16,629 nucleotides of DNA from a candidate division WOR-3 bacterium (GTDB lineage Bacteria; Hydrothermota; Tepidihabitantia; Tepidihabitantales; Tepidihabitantaceae): positions 1 to 16,629 of the forward strand of contig JBBISL010000009.1 in the NCBI GenBank assembly GCA_037441285.1, written 5' to 3'. The position numbers and the translations under genes are program-made. Positions within the stretch are counted from its first letter, which is position 1. Each line of letters begins with the position of its first letter. Below the pieces are notes generated by a model. The model made no database searches and had not been told where the DNA came from. It saw only the letters and a list, made by a program, of their open reading frames with translations. This document shows positions 7,420 through 14,252 of the stretch, one piece after another.

Positions 7420-9107
7420 TAAACTGGGGTGCGCCGCAGATGCTTTACCTTTTGTTTATCCTGCCTGTCGTGGTCGCGGTATTTATCCTTGTGCGGGCTA
7501 TTGAGCGGCGCCGGGTCAGGCGTTTGATTGAGCCCCAGTTGCTTGCCCGAATTGAGCCCGGCCGCTCAACGGTTTGGGAAGGGGTAAAACTGACCCTTTT
7601 GGTTCTGGGTATTGGACTGATGGTTGTTGCTTTGGCACGGCCGCGCTGGGGTGAAAAGTTGCAGATGTTTAAGGGCCGGGGCGTGGCGGTGGTGATTGCG
7701 CTTGACGCCTCGAAGTCGATGCTCGCCGAAGATGTCAAGCCGAACCGGCTCGAGCGTGCCAAGACCGAGGTTGCCGCTTTACTTGATGAACTTGCCGGCA
7801 ATGCGGTGGGGATTGTTGCCTTTGCCGGTGATGCTTATGTCCTGTGTCCGCTGACAACCGATGTTGAGGCGGCAAAACTGTTTCTTGATATCGTCAGCCC
7901 GGATTTGATGCCGGTGCCGGGTACCGATTATGGTAAGGCGATTTTGAAGGCGAGTGAACTTTTTACCCAGACCGCACCGGGTAGTCGGGCGCTGATTTTG
8001 ATTACCGATGGCGAAGACCTCGGGACCCAGACCGAACAGGCGGTGCAGGCTGCCAAAGAACTTGGGGTGCGGATTTATCCGGTGGCGTTCAGCACCGCCG
8101 AGGGCGCGCCGATTCCGGAAAAGGGTGAAGGGGGTTTGGTTTACAAGAAGGACCGTTCGGGTCAGGTGGTGATTTCCCGAATGGATGAGCGGAAGTTGAT
8201 TCTCATTGCGCAGGCAACCGGGGGCCGGTTTTACCGGGTAGAGGGGTTTTCGGGCGCAAGGCTGGCAGGAGAACTAGACCGTCTGGAAAAGGAGGAGTTG
8301 AGCGGGGGTAGTTTTTCCAACTATGTGGAGCGGTATCAACCTTTTCTGCTTGCGGGGATTGTTCTCTTGTTTTTAAGCCTTGCCCTGCCTTCGGTCAAGA
8401 GCGGCTTTGGAGCATCGTGGCGCAAAAAAGTCCTGTCCGGGCGGTTGCTCCTTTTACTGTTTTGCGTAGCGGGATTTGTTCAGGAGGCAAAGGCTGATGT
8501 GCCGGCTTTAATGCGGGCGGGGAACGGTTACTTCCGCCGGGGTAAGTATCCGGAGGCGTTGAGTTTTTATCAGCGCGCCGAGGTGCTGGAGCCGGATGCG
8601 CTTTCGATTCATTACAATATCGGTAACACCTATTACCGGATGGGTAAGTTTGATGAGGCGGTCAAGGAGCTTTCTCTGGCGACGGTGGAGAAAAACCCGC
8701 GCCGGCGCAGCGAAGCCTTTTACAATCTGGGTAACAGTTTTTACCGGATGGGTAAACTGGACGAGGCGATTAACTCGTATAAAATGGCGTTGCTTGCCAA
8801 TCCGAATGACCGACAGGCTAAGGCGAATTTAGAGTTCTGTTTGAGGAAGAAGGCGGAGATGGCAGAGAAGAAGAGAAGTGCTGAAGAGCAGAAGCGCGGA
8901 AGTGGCGAACAGCAGAAGCAAGGCGGGGCAAAAGGGCAGAATAAGGAGGAAGAGAACCAGATGAGCGCGCCGCAGCCGAAGCCGCAATCGGGTATGGAGA
9001 AGGAAGAGGCGGAGCGGGTTTTGCAGGCGATTGAGAACAAGGAGCGCCAGACCCAGAAAGAGGTGCACCGACCAAGGGCAAGGCGTCAGGTGGAAAAGGA
9101 CTGGTAG
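7416..9107 (+). CDS. batB: BatB-like VWA protein fused to a BatC-like TPR domain
   Basis: ALARP.WG, MIDAS DASKSM, LITDGED; then two hydrophobic segments, three TPRs (YNIGNTYY, YNLGNSFY), a Q/E/K-rich linker and C-terminal EKDW typical of BatC. ATGA overlap with batA. Confidence 0.88.
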   Translation: MINWGAPQMLYLLFILPVVVAVFILVRAIERRRVRRLIEPQLLARIEPGRSTVWEGVKLTLLVLGIGLMVVALARPRWGEKLQMFKGRGVAVVIALDASKSMLAEDVKPNRLERAKTEVAALLDELAGNAVGIVAFAGDAYVLCPLTTDVEAAKLFLDIVSPDLMPVPGTDYGKAILKASELFTQTAPGSRALILITDGEDLGTQTEQAVQAAKELGVRIYPVAFSTAEGAPIPEKGEGGLVYKKDRSGQVVISRMDERKLILIAQATGGRFYRVEGFSGARLAGELDRLEKEELSGGSFSNYVERYQPFLLAGIVLLFLSLALPSVKSGFGASWRKKVLSGRLLLLLFCVAGFVQEAKADVPALMRAGNGYFRRGKYPEALSFYQRAEVLEPDALSIHYNIGNTYYRMGKFDEAVKELSLATVEKNPRRRSEAFYNLGNSFYRMGKLDEAINSYKMALLANPNDRQAKANLEFCLRKKAEMAEKKRSAEEQKRGSGEQQKQGGAKGQNKEEENQMSAPQPKPQSGMEKEEAERVLQAIENKERQTQKEVHRPRARRQVEKDW

Positions 9108-9108
9108 A

Positions 9109-10866
9109 ATGCGGTACTGGGTTGTTGCGGTTGGGTTGATTTTAATGGCGGCGCATGCCGGGGAGCTGGAGTTTACCGCCGAGGTGGACCGGACAACGGT
9201 TGGTTTAGGCGAACCGCTGCAGTTGACCGTTCAGGTAAGGGGAACAAATATCAGCCGGGTGCCACGACCGCAGTTGCCAGTGCTGGATGGTTTTGACAAC
9301 ATCGGCAGCAGTCAGTCGCAGTCAACGAGCATTTCGATTGTTCAGGGCAGGATGACCCAGGAGCAGACAATCAGTTTCATTTACACCCTGATTCCGAAGA
9401 AGACCGGCGAACTGGTAATTGGGCCCTGCCGGCTTGAGTACAACGGGGTGGAGTACAAGACCGAGCCGATAACGGTTAAGGTGACGAAAAGCGGTACCGG
9501 TACAAAGCCGGCACGCCCCCAGCGGAGTCCTTTTGACATCTTTGAGGAGCCAGCGCCCGCAGGCGGTGAAGCCTTTCTTGAGGCAGGTGTGGACCGGAAA
9601 ACGGTTTATCAGGGGGAACAGGTAACAGCAACCTGGACATTTTACACATCGGGACAGGCGGCAAGTTTGAGCATCAAGGAGCCACCGAGCCTGACCGGTT
9701 TCTGGGCTCAGGAGGTGTATCAACCGCAAAAACTGAATTATGAGAGGAGAAGTTATCGGGGCAAGCCGATGTACGGGGCGGTGGTGCGAAAGACCGCGCT
9801 CTTCCCAACGCAGTCGGGTGAGTTGAAGATTGGCGCGATGAGCCTTACCGGTGAGATGGTGGCACCGGGATTTATTTTCTCAACCACCCAGCCGTTTGAG
9901 GCGGTTTCTGAGCCAATTACGATTCAGGTAAAGCCGCTGCCGGAGGCGGGAAAACCGGCAAGTTTCACCGGAGGGGTGGGTTCGTTTCAGGTCACTGCCC
10001 GGGTGGTGCCAGAAACGGCAAGGGGTGGCGAACCGGTTACTCTTTCGGTTGTGATTACCGGTACCGGCAACCTTGGCTTGATTGGTGCTCCTAACCTGCC
10101 GCAACTGACCGGGTTGAAGGTGCTGAATCCGGAGACAAAGGACGAGTTCAATTACAGCGGGGGTAGGCTCAATGGTACAAGGAGGTTTAATTTTCCGGTT
10201 TTACCGCTTGCCGATGGCAGGTTCCGGATTCCGGAGATTGAGATTGGGTTTTTCGACCCGAAAACGGGCAGTTACTACACAAGAAAGACGCCGGCGCTGG
10301 AGTTTGTTGCGGTTGGTGTGCCGACCGGAGCCGCGGTAACGGAGCCGGCCGGGACAGGGGTACGGGTGCTGGGTACAGACATCCGGCACATCAAGACTGA
10401 GTTCCGGATAGGCGGCAATTCGTGGACGGCTTTTGCGTCCTGGTCCGGGGTGTTTTATATTCTTGGTCTGGTCGCAATTGCGCTGGGAGCCGGTCTGGGA
10501 ATGCGGCGGCGCAAGATGCTGCTTGACCCGGGTTATGCCCGGCGCAGTGGTGCCCGGAGTGCGGCAAATCGGCGGCTGAAACAGGCGGAGAGGTTGCTTG
10601 GTGCCAATCGCATTGCCGAATTTTACGGCCTGGTCTATCAGACGCTTCTTTCCTATGTCGGCGACCGGTTCAACATGGAGGTGGGCGGTTTGACCGTAAC
10701 GGAGTTACAAGAAGGGTTGATGCGTCAGGGGGTTGATACAGCTGTGGTAAAGGAGTTCCTTGATACGGTACAGGTGTGCTCGCTTGCCCGGTTTTCACCC
10801 GGGATGGGTGAGTGCAACCCAAGAGAGGTTTTGCAAAAGGCAGGGGCGATTTTGAAGAAGATATGA
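9109..10866 (+). CDS. batD: BatD family protein
   Basis: Signal peptide MRYWVVAVGLILMAAHA, repeated beta-sandwich modules (VDR..V..GE...L.V), V.PLP...P..F.G.VG.F, G.GN, DIRHIK before a TM. Start moved to ATG 9109, 1 nt after the batB/C stop. Confidence 0.9.
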   Translation: MRYWVVAVGLILMAAHAGELEFTAEVDRTTVGLGEPLQLTVQVRGTNISRVPRPQLPVLDGFDNIGSSQSQSTSISIVQGRMTQEQTISFIYTLIPKKTGELVIGPCRLEYNGVEYKTEPITVKVTKSGTGTKPARPQRSPFDIFEEPAPAGGEAFLEAGVDRKTVYQGEQVTATWTFYTSGQAASLSIKEPPSLTGFWAQEVYQPQKLNYERRSYRGKPMYGAVVRKTALFPTQSGELKIGAMSLTGEMVAPGFIFSTTQPFEAVSEPITIQVKPLPEAGKPASFTGGVGSFQVTARVVPETARGGEPVTLSVVITGTGNLGLIGAPNLPQLTGLKVLNPETKDEFNYSGGRLNGTRRFNFPVLPLADGRFRIPEIEIGFFDPKTGSYYTRKTPALEFVAVGVPTGAAVTEPAGTGVRVLGTDIRHIKTEFRIGGNSWTAFASWSGVFYILGLVAIALGAGLGMRRRKMLLDPGYARRSGARSAANRRLKQAERLLGANRIAEFYGLVYQTLLSYVGDRFNMEVGGLTVTELQEGLMRQGVDTAVVKEFLDTVQVCSLARFSPGMGECNPREVLQKAGAILKKI

Positions 10867-11576
10867 GTCTGACGCTGGTTCTACTTCTGATGACCGCAAC
10901 GCCGCTTGAGTTGTTTAATCGGGCAAACAGCCTTTACGAGGCGGGTCGGTTTGAAGAGGCACGGGTGGTTTACGACTCAGCGGCGATGTTCATCACAGCA
11001 CCAGAGGTTTATTATAACCGGGGCAACGCTCAGTTTAAGTCAGGCAAATTGGGCCGGGCGCTTGCCGACTATCTCCGTGCCTGGGCGCTCAAACCGCGCG
11101 ACCCGGACATCACCAATAACATCGCCTTTGTCCGCAACTTCCGACCGGACAAAAATCCCGGTTTAGAAAGCCCGCTGGTAACACTGGCATGTGACATCCT
11201 GACGCCGTTGGACCGGTTAACAACCCGTTTTTTTGCCGGGGTTTTGTTTTTCCTGCTGGCGCTCGGTCTTGGGCTTTATCTGGGCACGGGCAAGAGGTTT
11301 TTCGGGTACGGGGCAATCGTTCTGGCGGTTGGTTTTCTTTACTTTGGCGTGGCAACCCTCGTCTGGAATGGAATGGTGAGTCGGGCAAAGGCGGTGATTG
11401 TGGTGCCGGAGGCGATTTTGCGCTCGGGACCGGGGGAAGAGTACAAGGAGATTGCCGCGGTGCACGACGGACTGGAGGTCAAGATTGTTGAGCACCGGCC
11501 CGAGTTTGTGCTCATCCAGATTCCAGGCGGTGTGGGCGGCTGGGTTGAAGATAAGGCGGTTGAACAAATTTTTTGA
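10863..11576 (+). CDS. batE: BatE-like TPR plus bacterial SH3 domain membrane protein
   Basis: TPRs (YYNRGNAQFK.G.LG.A...Y.RA..L.P.D.DI..N), two TMs, SH3b-like LRSGPG......H.G....GWV; ATGA overlap with batD. Confidence 0.87.
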   Translation: MSLTLVLLLMTATPLELFNRANSLYEAGRFEEARVVYDSAAMFITAPEVYYNRGNAQFKSGKLGRALADYLRAWALKPRDPDITNNIAFVRNFRPDKNPGLESPLVTLACDILTPLDRLTTRFFAGVLFFLLALGLGLYLGTGKRFFGYGAIVLAVGFLYFGVATLVWNGMVSRAKAVIVVPEAILRSGPGEEYKEIAAVHDGLEVKIVEHRPEFVLIQIPGGVGGWVEDKAVEQIF

Positions 11577-11611
11577 GTAGTGCGCGTGGACCCGGGATGA
11601 GGCGGAAACGG

Positions 11612-11727
11612 CTCCCTCCCCCTTTTCCCCTCCCATCAAGGAAGAGGTAGAAAAGAAGTGTCATCACTGGAAGGGCAGAGAAGAAGAGAGGTGCCATAAA
11701 GGGAGGGACAGAAAAAGAGAAGGGAGC
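11612..11727 (+). repeat. Repeat element, copy B (intergenic, between convergent genes)
   Basis: Pyrimidine head CTCCCTCCCCCTTTTCCCCTC followed by three degenerate 28-34-nt purine-rich units (11633-11660, 11661-11693, 11694-11727) resembling those of copy A. Confidence 0.65.
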
Positions 11728-11753
11728 AGGAGAGTTGTGGGGAAAGGTTTTGG

Positions 11754-12275
11754 TCAGGGTGCCGGTGTTAACCGCTGATATTTTTTGCCCAGCTGGTAGT
11801 AACCTTCGGCGACCTTTTTGAGCCAGTCGATTTCTGCCGGTTTGAGTTCCCGTTTGACCTGAGCCGGAACCCCGGCAACAAGGGTGCCCGGCGGTACAAC
11901 AAAATCTTCTTTGACCAGACTGCCCGCGGCAACGATTGAGTTTTTGCCGATTTTTGCCCGGTTGAGGATAACCGCACCCATTCCAATCATCGCCTCGTCC
12001 TCAACTGTGCAGCCGTGAACAATCGCGCGGTGGCCCACAGTTACCCGGGTGCCAAGCACAACCGGCGGTTCAGCTTCATCGCAGTGGATGACGGTTAAGT
12101 CCTGGATGTTGGTCATCGCGCCAATCAGGACGCGGTTGACATCAGCCCGAATCAGGACGCCAAACCAGATGGTCGCGCCGGTCTGGATTTCACAGTCGCC
12201 GATGATGACCGCATTGGGCGCAACAAACACATCCGGGGCAATTTGCGGCTGTTTGCCATGAAAGTTGAACAGCAT
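11754..12275 (-). CDS. Gamma carbonic anhydrase family protein (YrdA/PaaY-like, left-handed beta-helix)
   Basis: Hexapeptide repeats; R.D.N, NIQD...IH and VGH.A..HGC supply the three metal-ligand His positions. Confidence 0.93.
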   Translation of the reverse strand: MLFNFHGKQPQIAPDVFVAPNAVIIGDCEIQTGATIWFGVLIRADVNRVLIGAMTNIQDLTVIHCDEAEPPVVLGTRVTVGHRAIVHGCTVEDEAMIGMGAVILNRAKIGKNSIVAAGSLVKEDFVVPPGTLVAGVPAQVKRELKPAEIDWLKKVAEGYYQLGKKYQRLTPAP

Positions 12276-12281
12276 AATTAA

Positions 12282-12309
12282 ACGATAAAGACGATTTGCG
12301 GTCGGTCAA
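12282..12309 (-). promoter_or_regulatory. Putative promoter of the gamma-CA gene (probably leaderless)
   Basis: Minus strand TTGACC (12309-12304), 16 nt, TATCGT (12287-12282), 6 nt to the ATG; no SD. Confidence 0.5.
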
Positions 12310-12323
12310 CTTTTTCGTCCCGT

Positions 12324-12353
12324 TTGACAGAGGTCGTAATCGGGAGATAAACT
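12324..12353 (+). promoter_or_regulatory. Promoter of the kinase-aldolase operon (probably leaderless)
   Basis: TTGACA (12324-12329), 18 nt, TAAACT (12348-12353), 7 nt to ATG 12361. Confidence 0.6.
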
Positions 12354-12360
12354 TAACATT

Positions 12361-13296
12361 ATGAAAAATGAGCGGGCAAAGATTTGCGTCGTGGGCTCGT
12401 TTATGACCGATATGGTTTTTCGGGTCAAGCGGTTGCCCAAGACCGGGGAGTCGATGGCAGGCGATGGGTTCGGACTTTTCCTTGGGGGCAAGGGGTTTAA
12501 TCAGGCGGTTGCGGCGCACCGGCTCGGTGCCGAGGTGGTGATGGTGGGCAAGGTGGGTATGGACTACTTTGGCGAGTTGTTTCTGAAGAAGATGAAGGAG
12601 GAGGGGATGAGGACCGATTTTGTGGCGGTGGACCCGGAGGCGCATACCGGCGTTGCCTGCCCGATGGTTGACCGTTCCGGGCAGAATGCGATTATCGGTG
12701 TTGCGGGCGCAAATCTCCGGCTGGAAGAAAAGCAGGTGGTGATGGCAAAAGAGGAAATTGAGAGGGCGGATGCGTTGATGCTGCAGTTTGAGATTCCCCA
12801 TCGGGTTTCGTTTCAGGCGGCAACAATTGCCCGTAATTCCGGGGGGTTGGTGTTTCTTGACCCGGCGCCGTTTCACAAGATTGAACTACCAATAAAGGAA
12901 CCGGTGGATTACATCGTGCCGAACGAGATTGAGGCGGCAGAACTGGCAGACGGGATGGCGATTGATGATTGGGCGGCGCTGGAACTGAAATCCGGACGCC
13001 GGGCGGTAATTGTTTCGGTGGGTGCGGACGGTGCGGTGGTTTACGATGAAAAGGGCAAGCGGCGGTTTGCGCCGTTCAAGGTTGATGTGGTTGATTCGAC
13101 CGGCGCCGGTGATGCGTTTCGTGCCGGGTTGGTGGTGAGCCTTGCCGAAGGCCGGGGGTTAGATGAGGCGGTGCGGTTTGCCAATGCCTGCGGCGCGATT
13201 GCCTGCACGGTTTTTGGTGCCGAGCCTTCGATGCCGCGAAGAGAACAGGTTGAGTTGTTGCTCAAGGAACAGGAGGGTGGCAATGCTGTTGATTGA
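12361..13296 (+). CDS. rbsK: Ribokinase-family (PfkB) sugar kinase
   Basis: GS..TD, P..GE, GGKG.NQAVAA.RLG, LQ.EIP, PNE.EA and DSTGAGDAF signatures; substrate not certain. Confidence 0.85.
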   Translation: MKNERAKICVVGSFMTDMVFRVKRLPKTGESMAGDGFGLFLGGKGFNQAVAAHRLGAEVVMVGKVGMDYFGELFLKKMKEEGMRTDFVAVDPEAHTGVACPMVDRSGQNAIIGVAGANLRLEEKQVVMAKEEIERADALMLQFEIPHRVSFQAATIARNSGGLVFLDPAPFHKIELPIKEPVDYIVPNEIEAAELADGMAIDDWAALELKSGRRAVIVSVGADGAVVYDEKGKRRFAPFKVDVVDSTGAGDAFRAGLVVSLAEGRGLDEAVRFANACGAIACTVFGAEPSMPRREQVELLLKEQEGGNAVD

Positions 13297-13918
13297 CAGC
13301 GCAAATGTCAGTGAGGTGGAACGGGCGGTAAAACTGGGTTTTGTGCGGGGGTGCACGACCAATCCAATTCTGCTGTCCAAGGTGGCAGAGGTGCCCGAAG
13401 CGGTGATTGAGCGGCTGTGCCGGATTGTGCCCGGACCGGTGTTTTATCAGTTGGTGAGCAAAACACCAGCGGAAAAAGAGAAGGAGGCAAGGGAGTTTTA
13501 CCGGATTGCACCGGATAAGATTGTGTTGAAGATTCCGGCGACAACCGAAAATCTGGCGCTGGTCACGCGCCTCACGCCGGAAATCCCCTGTGCCGCGACC
13601 GCGGTGTTCAGCGGTTATCAAACGCTCTTGGCGATTGAAGCCGGTTGCAGTTATATCATCCCCTATGTCAATCGGGCAACAAGGCTTTTGGGTGATGGGA
13701 TAAAACTGGTTGCGGAGCTGGCAGCGGTGATTCAGGCGACGGGAAAACCGGTAGAGCTGCTTGCTGCCAGTGTCAAGTCTCCGGATGAGGCGGTGCGGGC
13801 TTTTATTGCGGGTGCCCACCATTTGACCCTGCCCTTAGAGGTGCTGGTGGCAGTGGGCAATCATCCCCTTTCTGATGAGGCGATAGCGGAGTTTGAAAGG
13901 GCGGGCAGGAGCAGATAA
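13283..13918 (+). CDS. Transaldolase-family class I aldolase, fructose-6-phosphate aldolase (FSA) type
   Basis: Start ATG 13283 with AGGAGG SD. IDSA, TTNP, Schiff-base KIP and LAAS.K motifs; FSA-type residues in FYQ, TAVF and PYVNR. Confidence 0.87.
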   Translation: MLLIDSANVSEVERAVKLGFVRGCTTNPILLSKVAEVPEAVIERLCRIVPGPVFYQLVSKTPAEKEKEAREFYRIAPDKIVLKIPATTENLALVTRLTPEIPCAATAVFSGYQTLLAIEAGCSYIIPYVNRATRLLGDGIKLVAELAAVIQATGKPVELLAASVKSPDEAVRAFIAGAHHLTLPLEVLVAVGNHPLSDEAIAEFERAGRSR

Positions 13919-14195
13919 CCAGGCGCCTGTGGTAAACCCGAATGGTGATGGGGCGATGTCAACCGCCAGGTTGGCAAAGTATGGGTTATTAAGAAGATAA
14001 ATACCGGTGGGTGCCGAATAACACCGGTAAAGTTAGAGGTCAGGGTGTCGGAAATAGTCCCGGGAAGGGGTCAGGGGGTCGTCTCCTATACGGTTAACCT
14101 GTGGACGGGCAAGCAGTTAGAAGAAAGGGCGTTAATTTTTTCTCCGGCCGGGGTCTAATAGGTGAAAGCGGTGGTCGGGTTCAGCGGTACCAATG

Positions 14196-14224
14196 TTGAC
14201 ATCTTTAAAATGAGTAAATAGAAT
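14196..14224 (+). promoter_or_regulatory. sigma70-type promoter for the glycosyltransferase operon
   Basis: TTGACA (14196-14201), 17 nt, TAGAAT (14219-14224). Confidence 0.75.
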
Positions 14225-14252
14225 CTGTATTTAATGAGAGCAGGCAAAGGGT

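Noticed and set aside
11633..11727. Possible CRISPR array from ~33-nt periodicity
   Set aside because: Units are degenerate and directly adjacent with no unique spacers; no cas genes in the window.
14140..14190. Partial resemblance to a c-di-GMP-I riboswitch (GGTCTAA...GAAA)
   Set aside because: The GGCAAA and GCAAA elements and paired stems are missing at the right spacing, and the site is upstream of the predicted promoter.
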